Source: Anaerolineaceae bacterium UBA1415
GTDB taxonomy: Bacteria > Chloroflexota > Anaerolineae > Anaerolineales > Anaerolineaceae
Direction: 5' to 3'
Length of the DNA stretch: 64,000 bases
Assembly (NCBI GenBank): GCA_002305635.1
Contig: DBPR01000029.1
Span: forward strand, 53,281-117,280
Within the stretch, counting starts at the first letter, position 1. Every line of letters starts with the position of its first letter. Under the pieces are notes generated by a model, which had not been told where the DNA came from, made no database searches, and worked only from the letters and a program-made list of their open reading frames with translations. Of the stretch, positions 28,648-38,262 are shown piece after piece. A program made the translations under genes and the position numbers.

Positions 28648-29441
28648 GACACATCCGCACGATCATAGACAAAGAATGGGCTGAGGTCTTCAAAAACCGC
28701 ATGGTGATCATGACCATGGCGTTGCTGCCCCTGCTTTTTACCGCCATACCGCTGCTGATGCTGGCTTTCACGGGGAATGGCAGCCAGAGTGTCGACCTGC
28801 CTGCCCAAAGCAGCGGCCTACCCGCTGGCTTCCTGGCCGCCTGCGAGGACATGAACGCCAACGAGTGCATGCAGGTTTATTTGCTCAATCAGTCCATGCT
28901 AATGTTCATGATGATGCCGCTGATGATCCCGACCACGATCGCTGCCTATAGCATTGTCGGTGAAAAAACAACCCGCAGCCTGGAACCGCTGCTTGCCACC
29001 CCGATCACGACGCTTGAATTGCTGGCAGGCAAGAGTCTGGCGGCTTTCATCCCAGGGGTTTTGATCACCTATGGAGCTTACGCCGTTTTCCTGATCGGCA
29101 CACATTTCCTGAAGATCAGCGCGGCTGTGCGAGCTTACCTGCTCAGCCCGGTCTGGTTTTTAGGCATTCTTTTGCTGGGTCCCTTGCTGGCCGTCATTGG
29201 AACCATGTTCGCGATCTTCATTTCCTCACGGGTCAGCGACCCACGCGTCGCCGAACAACTCTCTGGTCTGGTCATCCTGCCCCTGATGTTGGTGCTGGGA
29301 ATCGTGCTGGCAGGGTTGCTGGTGATCAATCTCTGGTTTATGCTAATCTCAATTCTCGTTTGTGCCCTTGTTGCCTACGCGCTTCTGCACCTTGGAACGA
29401 TCGTCTTTGACCGTGAGAACATCCTCACAAAATGGAAGTAA
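28644..29441 (+). CDS. ABC-2 family transporter permease
   Basis: Six-helix membrane ORF. Its start overlaps the ATPase stop by 4 nt. Confidence 0.7.
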   Translation: MRHIRTIIDKEWAEVFKNRMVIMTMALLPLLFTAIPLLMLAFTGNGSQSVDLPAQSSGLPAGFLAACEDMNANECMQVYLLNQSMLMFMMMPLMIPTTIAAYSIVGEKTTRSLEPLLATPITTLELLAGKSLAAFIPGVLITYGAYAVFLIGTHFLKISAAVRAYLLSPVWFLGILLLGPLLAVIGTMFAIFISSRVSDPRVAEQLSGLVILPLMLVLGIVLAGLLVINLWFMLISILVCALVAYALLHLGTIVFDRENILTKWK

Positions 29442-29443
29442 AC

Positions 29444-30178
29444 ATGCGCAATAAAACTTTTTTTGTTTTCCTGATTTTCTTCTTCTTTTTTGGTTTCTTC
29501 AGTAGTGCGGTTTTCGCTCAGGCAGAGGAAGCCCAATGGCAACTGCGCTTGAGCCGCGACTGGGGTTATGGCATGGGCAGTGATATTCAGGGACAATTGA
29601 CGCTCTCGCTGCAGGGAAACCTTGGCCAGGTTGACCGGGTAACTTATTATTTTAATGATGTCCAGGTTTCTGAGCAAACTGAAGCACCCTTTAAGTATTC
29701 GTTCAACACCGATCAATTTCCTGTCGGGATCAACACAATGCGTGCCGACGTACTCACCCGGGACGGCAAGCTGCATACCACTCTGCCGCTCAGCTACAAT
29801 TTTCTAAGCTCCAAAGAGGCCAACAAAAACACAGCATTGTTGGTCGGTGGGATTATCGGCGTTACGCTGCTGATCACGGCGCTGAGCTTCCTCATCGCGT
29901 CGCGCGGTCAGGGCAAAAACAGAAAATCCGGCGGCATGTTTGGCCTGGCGGTTTGCAAAGAATGCGGGCAAACTTTTCCGCGCTCGCTTTTTGGCATGAA
30001 CATCGTCGTCGGCAAATACGAACGCTGCCCCCACTGCGGCAAGTGGCAGGTTACCGTGCCTGCCTCCCAATCGGAGATCGCGCAGGCATATCGGGCCAGC
30101 CAACCCGAGCCAATGCCCAAAACCGACAGCTCTGACAAAAAAGATGAGCTGGAGGAAAGCCGTTTTATCGATCTGTAG
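29444..30178 (+). CDS. Hypothetical single-pass membrane protein with a cytoplasmic zinc ribbon
   Basis: Signal-like N-terminus, one TM helix, then CKECG...CPHCG (two CxxC pairs). I chose the start at 29444 (MRNKTFF) just after the permease stop. Confidence 0.5.
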   Translation: MRNKTFFVFLIFFFFFGFFSSAVFAQAEEAQWQLRLSRDWGYGMGSDIQGQLTLSLQGNLGQVDRVTYYFNDVQVSEQTEAPFKYSFNTDQFPVGINTMRADVLTRDGKLHTTLPLSYNFLSSKEANKNTALLVGGIIGVTLLITALSFLIASRGQGKNRKSGGMFGLAVCKECGQTFPRSLFGMNIVVGKYERCPHCGKWQVTVPASQSEIAQAYRASQPEPMPKTDSSDKKDELEESRFIDL

Positions 30179-30260
30179 AGGCAATAAGCCTTTACCATAA
30201 TAAGAATTTTGAGACCTGGCGTGGTATCATGCCATTAATCATATTAATAAAGGAGTTAAG

Positions 30261-30791
30261 ATGTCTCTCAAAGGTAAAAAAGTAGCCTTCCTTGTTGCTG
30301 AAGGCGTTGAAGATCTCGAGTTTTATGCCGTTGCGATGCGCCTTGAAGAAGAAGGCATTGAAGTTTTGACCGCAGCCATGAACCTTGATCCGATCAGAGG
30401 AAAAAACGGCCTTGTCATTAAGCCCGACACTTTGATAGAAGATCTGAAAGCTGATGACTTGTTCGGTTTGGTCTTGCCCGGCGGCTGGGCGCCAGACAAA
30501 TTGCGCCGCTACAAAGAAGTCACCGATCTGACAGCCGAAATGGACAAGCAAGGCAAAACGATCGGCATCATCTGCCACGGCGGTCTGCTGGCGATCTCCG
30601 CAAAGATCGTCAAAGGCAAAAAGACGGTCGGTTCACTTGGCATCAAGGACGACTTGCTCAACGCGGGCGCTGAGTGGGTTGACGAAGCCGCCTTCGCCGA
30701 TGGCAACCAGGTCTGGGGTCGCGTGGTTGCTGACATCCCCGCCTTCAATCGCGAGCTGGTCAAGGCACTAAAAGCAGCCAGCCAGGCCTGA
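30261..30791 (+). CDS. DJ-1/PfpI family protein
   Basis: GIICHGGLLA nucleophile-elbow Cys and ~175 aa length. Confidence 0.8.
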   Translation: MSLKGKKVAFLVAEGVEDLEFYAVAMRLEEEGIEVLTAAMNLDPIRGKNGLVIKPDTLIEDLKADDLFGLVLPGGWAPDKLRRYKEVTDLTAEMDKQGKTIGIICHGGLLAISAKIVKGKKTVGSLGIKDDLLNAGAEWVDEAAFADGNQVWGRVVADIPAFNRELVKALKAASQA

Positions 30792-30847
30792 TGGTGGTAC
30801 AATCTCATTAGAATAATAAATTAGCAATGATCGTTGCAGGAGGTTGA

Positions 30848-31735
30848 ATGACACAGGAAAAAAATGGTTTTGGAGTAAAAAAGGGTCTCGCAGAGATGCT
30901 TAAAGGCGGCGTGATCATGGACGTTGTCACCGCGGATCAGGCAAAAATTGCCGAAGATGCGGGTGCCGTGGCTGTTATGGCGCTTGAACGCGTTCCCGCT
31001 GACATCCGCGCTATGGGCGGCATCGCGCGCATGAGCGACCCTGAACTTGTTTTGAAAATTATGGAAGCGGTAAGTATTCCCGTCATGGCGAAATGCCGTA
31101 TTGGTCATTTTGTTGAAGCTCAGATTCTTGAGTCACTTGGTGTGGACTACATTGACGAATCCGAAGTGCTGACCCCTGCCGATGAAGCTTATCACATTAA
31201 CAAACACGCCTTTAAAGTCCCCTTTGTTTGCGGCTGCAAGAACCTTGGCGAAGCCCTGCGCCGTATTGGCGAAGGCGCTGCCATGATGCGCACCAAAGGC
31301 GAACCCGGCACCGGAGATGTGGTCGAAGCCGTTCGTCACGCGCGCACGGTCTACAGCCAGATCCGTCACCTGCAAAGCCTGCCGTTGGAAGAAGTTATGA
31401 CTTTCGCCAAAGACAATCAGGCTCCCTACGAGCTTTGTTTGCAGGTGCGCGAGCTTGGGAATCTGCCGGTGGTCAATTTTGCTGCTGGCGGCATTGCCAC
31501 CCCAGCCGATGCCGCGCTGATGATGCAGCTTGGCGTGGATGGTATTTTTGTTGGCTCTGGCATTTTCAAATCCGGCGACCCAGTCAAACGGGCTGAAGCC
31601 ATCGTCAAAGCCACAACACACTACAACGAACCCGGCATTTTGGCTGAAGTCAGCCGCAATCTGGGCGAGGCAATGGTCGGTCGTTCGGCAACCCAATTGC
31701 CCGAAAACGAAAAAATGTCCGACCGCGGTTGGTAA
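30848..31735 (+). CDS. pdxS: Pyridoxal 5'-phosphate synthase lyase subunit
   Basis: [14 protein letters not shown]...[10 protein letters not shown]...[11 protein letters not shown], the canonical PdxS sequence. Confidence 0.95.
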   Translation: MTQEKNGFGVKKGLAEMLKGGVIMDVVTADQAKIAEDAGAVAVMALERVPADIRAMGGIARMSDPELVLKIMEAVSIPVMAKCRIGHFVEAQILESLGVDYIDESEVLTPADEAYHINKHAFKVPFVCGCKNLGEALRRIGEGAAMMRTKGEPGTGDVVEAVRHARTVYSQIRHLQSLPLEEVMTFAKDNQAPYELCLQVRELGNLPVVNFAAGGIATPADAALMMQLGVDGIFVGSGIFKSGDPVKRAEAIVKATTHYNEPGILAEVSRNLGEAMVGRSATQLPENEKMSDRGW

Positions 31736-31752
31736 ACCTTAAAAAGACCATA

Positions 31753-32337
31753 ATGAAATTTGGCGTTTTGGCCCTGCAGGGCGACTTTCGTGAACATCGC
31801 ATCAGCCTCGAGAAACTCGGGGCTGATGTTACAGAAGTGCGGCTGCCAGCACATCTTGATGGGTTGTCTGGCCTGATCATCCCTGGTGGCGAATCGACCG
31901 CCATCGGAAAATTAATGGTTGCCTACAAGCTGCTCGAGCCGATCCGCCAATTTGGCAAAACCCACGCCATCTGGGGCACCTGCGCTGGCGCGATTTTGCT
32001 GGCAAAGAACGTGGGAAAAGATCAGCCTCTGCTTGGTCTGATGGACATCACCATCCAACGCAACGCCTTTGGCAGGCAGATCGACTCGTTTGAAATTGAT
32101 CTTCCCGTTCCATTTTTGACCCCACCGCAACCGGATTATCAACTCACCTTCATTCGCGGGCCGATCATCACCGAGGTTCATGGAAACGCGCGACCGCTGC
32201 TCAGCCTTCCGGATGGGCGCATCATCGCTGCCCAACAAGGCAAACTGCTGGCAACCTCTTTTCACCCCGAATTGACCGAAGACCTTCGTTTTCACCAGTA
32301 TTTTATGGAGTTAGCCCAATCAGGATACGCAGACTAA
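31753..32337 (+). CDS. pdxT: Pyridoxal 5'-phosphate synthase glutaminase subunit
   Basis: MKFGVLALQGDF, GTCAG (catalytic Cys), FHPE. I chose the start at 31753. Confidence 0.9.
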   Translation: MKFGVLALQGDFREHRISLEKLGADVTEVRLPAHLDGLSGLIIPGGESTAIGKLMVAYKLLEPIRQFGKTHAIWGTCAGAILLAKNVGKDQPLLGLMDITIQRNAFGRQIDSFEIDLPVPFLTPPQPDYQLTFIRGPIITEVHGNARPLLSLPDGRIIAAQQGKLLATSFHPELTEDLRFHQYFMELAQSGYAD

Positions 32338-32378
32338 GCCCTTTTGACCTCTATAAGATCAGTCGTCAAAGCCTTTAT

Positions 32379-33254
32379 GTGCAAGGTCTGGATACCAGTC
32401 GGCTTCTAACCCGTGGGGAACCTTTCAACTTTCGCAACCTGATGCGGCGGGTTTCCCCAACCGTTGATCTGGCCGCCGTGATCTGGGACGAAATTAAGCG
32501 TGAAACAACTTTCGGCCAAATTGAGAAAAACGAATATTCCGATTATGCTCAACTGAGCTATCTTGGCGGGTTTGACCAACCCGAAAGCAGGGTCATCGCT
32601 GGCATTCTCGAAGAGCTGGCTGTCACTGCCGGGGAATGGAGCGCCTTTGGTATTTTGGCGGAATTGCCTGAGGATTCGCCCCTTTTTGAGGGATTTCGAA
32701 TGGCAGGCTTCAGCATCTGGTCGCGCCAACAGATCTACCTGTTCGATATCGCTAAAACAGCCTGTAAGAACGCCTCCTGGCAGCCTTTTTCCGCCCAGGA
32801 TATGATCAAAATTAGACAATTTCACAAGAAATTAGTGCCGTTATTCATACAACCCATGGTTCCGGTGGATCGCAGAGCCGAAAATGGTCTGGTCGCTTTT
32901 TCTGAAAAAGGGGAGCTATTGGCTTTTGCCGAACTATACCAGGGGCCCAAGGGAATTTGGACACAGCCTTATATCAGCGCCGAGGCAGATATCCCGGGCT
33001 TGCTGAGCCAGCTCTGCGCGGCAATTCCCAATCCTAACCGCCTCCCCATCTATCTGTGCACCCGATCCTACCAACCCCTGATCGCAGACGCGGCAAATAA
33101 ACTTGGGCTAACGCACACCGGAGCCCAAAACCTGATGGTCAAACATCTCGTTCTTCGGAATAAAGTGGAGCAAAGCAGCTTGCAGAAGATCTTCGAAAGC
33201 GGTTCGATCGAAGGCTCCCTTCCCGTTTCAAACATGAAGAGTAAACCACGTTGA
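32379..33254 (+). CDS. Hypothetical protein
   Basis: 291-aa ORF with coding-like composition and no motif I recognise. It has a GTG start, and the frame stays open upstream into the pdxT end, so the start is uncertain. Confidence 0.4.
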   Translation: MQGLDTSRLLTRGEPFNFRNLMRRVSPTVDLAAVIWDEIKRETTFGQIEKNEYSDYAQLSYLGGFDQPESRVIAGILEELAVTAGEWSAFGILAELPEDSPLFEGFRMAGFSIWSRQQIYLFDIAKTACKNASWQPFSAQDMIKIRQFHKKLVPLFIQPMVPVDRRAENGLVAFSEKGELLAFAELYQGPKGIWTQPYISAEADIPGLLSQLCAAIPNPNRLPIYLCTRSYQPLIADAANKLGLTHTGAQNLMVKHLVLRNKVEQSSLQKIFESGSIEGSLPVSNMKSKPR

Positions 33255-33255
33255 T

Positions 33256-33852
33256 ATGTCCGCGAATAAATCCCTGAAACTTTTTAATCATATCGCACCA
33301 TTTTACGCACTTGCCTATCGATGGCAGCGAAAGCATCACCACGAGATCTACGCGAATCTTCCTCACTGCGATCTTTCACGATACTCGTCCATCCTTGACT
33401 TTGGTTGTGGTAATGGAGCAATGGCAGCTGTATTCACCGAACTCGGTTTGAAAACGATCGGAGTAGACCAATCTCTGGGCATGCTTCGGGTTGCCAAAAA
33501 GCAAAAAGAAAACCAGGCTGTAACTTTTATTCAGGTCGGAAATGACAACCGCCTTCCCTTCGCTTCTAAAAGCTTTGACATTGTCCTTGCAGCTTATGTT
33601 GCCCACGGAATCCAACCCGAACAGCGACTCAAGCTTTATGCCGAAATGAAACGACTAAGCCGTTATTTGGTGATTTTGCACGAATATAATCAAAACCGCT
33701 CTTTGTTGACCAGTATTGTTGAATGTGCTGAAGGCGGAGATTATTTCAACTTCATCAGAATTGTGCAAGATGAATTAAAAGGATTTTTTGGCAATCTTCA
33801 GGTTATCGAGCTTGGCGGCCGGGCAAGTTGTTACATCTGCACCGTTTCGTGA
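33256..33852 (+). CDS. Class I SAM-dependent methyltransferase
   Basis: ILDFGCGNG motif I. Confidence 0.7.
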   Translation: MSANKSLKLFNHIAPFYALAYRWQRKHHHEIYANLPHCDLSRYSSILDFGCGNGAMAAVFTELGLKTIGVDQSLGMLRVAKKQKENQAVTFIQVGNDNRLPFASKSFDIVLAAYVAHGIQPEQRLKLYAEMKRLSRYLVILHEYNQNRSLLTSIVECAEGGDYFNFIRIVQDELKGFFGNLQVIELGGRASCYICTVS

Positions 33853-34089
33853 TCTTGTCTTATATTAATATAAATCCTAAATATAATCCCAGGCGCAAAA
33901 CCATCGCTCTTATAATGTGTTTTACAAGGAAATCTCGTCATTGTTGACTGAGCTAATTTAGAAAATGCTTGGATTGTTTTTCAGGGCATTAAAATGGGAA
34001 GATATGGTTTTAAGAAACTGCCAGATGAGGTTTTAGATGCCTTATTTTTTCACGGTGGGTGAGGCATCCTCATTCTTATGTCTGTCCGC

Positions 34090-35610
34090 ACCTGACTTGC
34101 ACGTTTTAGTGCCCTGAAGAGAGCTTTTTGAGCATATTTTGAACGTTTTCAGGAATCTCTGGTTCGATCAACACCAGTTCATTCCTGATTTTCACTTCTG
34201 CTGACCTAAGTGGGCGGATGGTTTTGATGAATTGTTTTATGCTCACACCAGTCTGCCTCTCGATATTCCTGCTAATCGCCAAAGCAGCAAACACAATTGT
34301 GAGGTGGGCTTCAATCGCGTTTCTTTTTTGATGATAAATGGGTCGGGCTTTGAGGTCTGACTTCATCATCCGAAAGCTGGTTTCCACTTGAAAAAGCTGA
34401 TGATAACAAGCAATCACCTCTTCATCCGGGATGTCCAGATTAGTCACATAGCCTTTGATTCCCACCAATGCTCTCGCCTTCTCAATTAGCTCCAGGTTCA
34501 GATATTTTTATCTGACCATCAATGGATATTTCTGCCTTAGCAATCTGTTTCTCGATGTTACGCGTGTCCAGTGCCGCCCGTTTCTCGCGATATTGATAGA
34601 CGATGCGATAGTTTTTCTCTTCTGACACCACGATCTGCTGGTCCTGCAGGGCTTTGGACCTGCTAAACTCAGCTATCTCATAGGGCACTTTGTTCAGACG
34701 AGAGCCCACAATGTAGGTGTAGCCAGCTTTGGTGAGTTCATCAAAGTTGCTGGTACTGAGCATAGCTGCATCTGCCACCACTGTGACTTTCTTCAAGTTG
34801 TGCTCCGCCTGAAATGCCTGAATAACCGATAGTATGGTTTATTCCCTTCAAAGCTTTGTAAGCCCAAAGGAAAGCCGTTTTTATCCACCAGAAGCCCAAT
34901 TATGATTTGAGGTTCCAATCGGCGTTCTTTACTCAATCCTGGTTTGCGATACTCATCTTCCTTCTGCACTTCAAAGTACAGACTGGTGACATCGTATAAC
35001 ACCAAACTCAAGCTCTCGCCGTGTATGTGATCAAAACAGGCTTGAGTGATGACTTTTCGATAGTCTTGCCCTGAAGCCCGATCAAGTGTTCGGTACAGCT
35101 TCCCTCTATTCCATTTTTCTGCGCCTAAGTCTTCCAAAATTCGCAAACTGTCTATCTTTGAGGTCGGTTCCACAATTCTTGCAATACATAATGACTCAAA
35201 GACCTCGTCATCTATGCTTGAAAATCCCAACCGGTCATACTGCTTTTTTAGTAAGTTCCACAACAGGGCTGAAAAAGTCCGTTTGACAGTCATTTGTGTG
35301 GGACTGGGATCGTCTGTGAATAATGCTAATTGCTTACCTTGGATTTGTTTGTGCGCAACAGATAAAAGCATTTCCAGTTCTGTTTTGCTATGTGCACTGC
35401 CAATATGCTTCAGGCGTATGATCTTGCCTTGCTGTTTGGTGACGATTTGTACTGCAGTAGCACCGCTGGCTGTTTTCACTTTACGAATGTAGGTCATTTC
35501 CTTGATTCCAACCCATCTGTCCCGTCCATTTAGTGCCCTGAAATCACCAATTTTTCATCTTTTTACTCGATGAATTGTTGGATTATCACTAAAAGCGTGC
35601 AAGTCAGGTA
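34090..35610 (-). mobile_element. IS1634/IS4-superfamily insertion sequence, decayed
   Basis: 14-bp terminal inverted repeats ACCTGACTTGCACG (34091-34104) and CGTGCAAGTCAGGT (35596-35609) bracket the three transposase fragments. I saw no clear target-site duplication. Confidence 0.7.
34106..35497 (-). pseudogene. IS1634-family DDE transposase split into three frames
   Basis: ORFs 34793-35497 (MTYIRKVKTASGATAVQIV...), 34482-34796 and 34106-34468 (...YHQLFQVETSFRMMKSDL...) are consecutive pieces of one transposase, interrupted by two frame changes. Confidence 0.75.
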
Positions 35611-35903
35611 CCAGGCTTCAGGATAATCGAAAAAACGCGATATGTTAGAAAAAATTTCATAAGTTTCGGATACATTAATATTTGTTGTTTTTTCAAGCAT
35701 ACTTCTTGCTCTATGATCTGTATAAACTGGGGAATGATGTTCTGGGTAGCGACCTGATCTTCATTAATTATTCTGGGGTGGAGATCTGGTGTTTACGGAT
35801 GAAGACTTCGACCAGTCCCAGAACTATTAAAATCACTCTGGAATAGAATCAACCATGTTTAATTACTAAAATTGTACAATAATTTTTTGGTTTCACTTAT
35901 TAA

Positions 35904-36707
35904 TTACGGTCGTGGGTTAAACAAGGTAACAACAAACATTGTCCTTATGGCCGTGTCTTTCTCTTCCGGAGTGGCTGTATTTTGTATAAACCTAATCAGG
36001 GAATTATAATGAAATTCATCCAAAGTATCCGATAATAAGGCATCCATCGAGTCGTTGGGTAACACTTTCCTTACTTCATCTCCCCATAAAAATGAAACAT
36101 TCAATACTCTCTCGTCGGTTGGTGTCTCATAATTTGTATAAAAATACGAATCTTCCGGTGGATAGGTAAAAGATAAAGGGACTAACTCACCGTTTCTTTT
36201 ATCCATATAGACAAAAGTCTTGGTCAATATTTCTTCGTTTTGGAATATAAATTTATAGGAACTAATCACCGGCCACTCAGAAGATATAAACATTAATCTT
36301 CCTAGGTTATAACTTATGCTTGTATGTTCATCACTGATAGTCGGTCCGGTATAAGTTTTTAACTTCTCGTAAACTTGTTTTAAATATTCATCCTGAAAAA
36401 GGGTAAAAATTTCCGGGTCGTCGATGGGAGAGGGAGCCAGGACTACAGTGTCAAATTCCTCTTTGGTTTGGGGATCCTGGAAAATGTCTCCTTGAATTAA
36501 AGATTCTGTAGTGGGAATCAGAGTTTCAGTGGCAGTGGAGGTGGCTTGAACTACAGTTGAGGTGACTGACTCCTGGGTTGGGAGATCGGTCAAGGTTGCA
36601 ACCTCACTGAGGTCGGATTGGGAATTTATCGGCGTACAAGCCACAGTTACCCAGATAATAATTAGGACTGTAATCAAGTTTCTAACTACACAAGATTTTA
36701 AACTCAT
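35904..36707 (-). CDS. Hypothetical secreted/lipoprotein (AT-rich orphan)
   Basis: N-terminal hydrophobic segment with VACT, a Thr/Ser-rich linker, and no recognisable domain. Confidence 0.5.
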   Translation of the reverse strand: MSLKSCVVRNLITVLIIIWVTVACTPINSQSDLSEVATLTDLPTQESVTSTVVQATSTATETLIPTTESLIQGDIFQDPQTKEEFDTVVLAPSPIDDPEIFTLFQDEYLKQVYEKLKTYTGPTISDEHTSISYNLGRLMFISSEWPVISSYKFIFQNEEILTKTFVYMDKRNGELVPLSFTYPPEDSYFYTNYETPTDERVLNVSFLWGDEVRKVLPNDSMDALLSDTLDEFHYNSLIRFIQNTATPEEKDTAIRTMFVVTLFNPRP

Positions 36708-36963
36708 TTATCCTCTAAACTCTCTAATTCACGCCGTTCTGTATATGTGAATTATATTATTAAATGTGCATAAGAGAATTTACATGTTTATGATAAAACA
36801 ATAGAAAAACACCCTTTAGTCAAATGACTTTCTTCTTAATATGCAAAAAATAGGAGGAGTTAATTGCAACAATAAGGAAATAATTGAGGTTTTCAATTCC
36901 CACTTCAATTGGAACATCCTTAAATTTGCCGCAAAAGTTGACCTCAGGGCTGCCAGCTAAGGA

Positions 36964-37022
36964 GTAGGTCGAAACGAAGTACCCGTAAAGGTATTGAACC
37001 CTTCTTTTGGGTTCAATTCGAC
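36964..37022. repeat. GTAGGTCGA-headed hairpin element
   Basis: GTAGGTCGAAAC...GTATTGAACCC-ttctttt-GGGTTCAATTCGAC. Confidence 0.45.
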
Positions 37023-37177
37023 GTCAATGAATGGATCAATTCGCGCTGATTACTTCCAAGGATGTTTCATGAAAATCAAAGGAGATATGGGGGTCATCGG
37101 ACGCTCTGCGATCCGACCTGCAATGATACCAACGACTGATACGACTGTTATGATCACAGTTATGATCGCTGAAAAAG

Positions 37178-37206
37178 TTGACCTCCAGGCCACCAGCGTC
37201 TATAAT
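37178..37206 (+). promoter_or_regulatory. Near-consensus sigma-70-type promoter
   Basis: TTGACC (37178-37183), a 17-nt spacer, then TATAAT (37201-37206), ~125 nt upstream of the SWIM ORF. Confidence 0.55.
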
Positions 37207-37332
37207 ATAGACACTATGCAGGAGTTAGCCTGATACGCATGAACCGAAACTTTTCGGAATACTACAGATCAAAACACGCTGCCATTTTTCGACGCGTGTT
37301 TTTGTTTAATAACAGGAAAAGGAGCCAAAAAC

Positions 37333-37581
37333 ATGGATAGTGGATTCATCGGTAAGATCGAAAAAGCCAAACGCTATGCTGAAGAGCGTGACCGCATCCA
37401 GCTCACCAGCTTTGAAGCCAGTTTTGATGGGGAGAACAACACTCACACGGTAACTTATCGGGATGGTCAGTGGCAGTGCACCTGTAATTACTTTCAGGCC
37501 AAAGGCATTTGCGCCCATACCATGGGGATGGAAATGATCCTCGAAGGCATGGTCCAGCCTCTCGAAGACGCAACGATCTAA
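37333..37581 (+). CDS. Small SWIM zinc-finger protein
   Basis: CTCNYFQAKGICAH fits C-x-C-xn-C-x-H. The RBS AGGAAAAGGAG lies upstream. Confidence 0.6.
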   Translation: MDSGFIGKIEKAKRYAEERDRIQLTSFEASFDGENNTHTVTYRDGQWQCTCNYFQAKGICAHTMGMEMILEGMVQPLEDATI

Positions 37582-37687
37582 GCCATAAATCGTTCGGACA
37601 ATTCTTTTAATTTTTAAATAAACGCCGTTGGAGTTTCCCAGGCTCACTGTTTCTGGGCTTTTCTTCAGCCAGGATGAAACAGCGCTT

Positions 37688-37742
37688 GTTTAAGGGTAAA
37701 ATCAGGCCAGGAATTAGCTAAAAAATGACCGCAACCCTCGCC
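37688..37742 (+). repeat. Duplicated copy of the promoter-proximal/5' end of the downstream GT-C gene (12-codon remnant)
   Basis: GTTTAAGGGTAAAATCAGGCCAGGAATT..AAAAATGACCGCAACC..CGCC closely matches 38207-38262. The ATG at 37725 opens only MTATLAYLSFLY before a stop. Confidence 0.6.
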
Positions 37743-37913
37743 TACCTGAGTTTCTTATACTAGCGCCCTATTGCGCTGCCCGTTTTAATGCAGAGGATTT
37801 CTCTTTTTTTCTTTGATGGAAAACCCGTTTTTGGAAAACGTAGAAAACTCAGAAAGTATCAACTGTAGCATCAGAACCTTGCAATGAAATCGAAGGCTTT
37901 GACATGCATAGAC

Positions 37914-37966
37914 AGCGGACGGGGTCAATACCCTGCTTCGCGGGCACAGGTCCCCGTCCGTACAGG
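37914..37966. repeat. 53-nt GC hairpin element, left copy
   Basis: AGCGGACGGGG-27 nt-CCCCGTCCGTACAGG. It is the reverse complement of 39928-39980 at about 50 of 53 positions by eye. Confidence 0.6.
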
Positions 37967-38206
37967 TAGCTTACCTATAAACAGCTTGGTCTATACGGCA
38001 ACTTAATATCGTCAAGTACCAAATGTAAGGATGGGGCTTGTCCCCATCCGTAATTAAGCCAATCAGAACCTTGTAACAAAGATGTAAGTATTTGAAATAC
38101 ATATACAGCAGACCGGGACAGATGCTCGATTTTTTCTGTTTTAGTGGTCTAAATTTATCTATTTTCCTTAATGAAAACGCAGTTTTTTCAAAAGTGAGAA
38201 AATCAG

Positions 38207-38262
38207 GTTTTAAGGGTAAAATCAGGCCAGGAATTGTTTAAAAATGACTGCAACCTCCGCCC
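38207..38262 (+). repeat. Second copy of the 5' duplication, attached to the intact gene
   Basis: See 37688-37742. Confidence 0.6.

Noticed and set aside
34090-35610. Target-site duplication flanking the IS element
   Set aside because: The bases outside the two terminal inverted repeats (..GTCCGC on the left, ACCAGG.. on the right) do not match, so no TSD can be claimed.
36964-37022. tRNA-like T-arm (GGGTTCAATTCGAC)
   Set aside because: No acceptor stem, D-arm or anticodon arm can be drawn. The sequence is a member of the GTAGGTCGA hairpin repeat family.
36994-37233. 79-aa ORF across the promoter region of the SWIM gene
   Set aside because: It starts inside a hairpin repeat, runs through the TTGACC-17-TATAAT promoter, and has no RBS and no recognisable fold.
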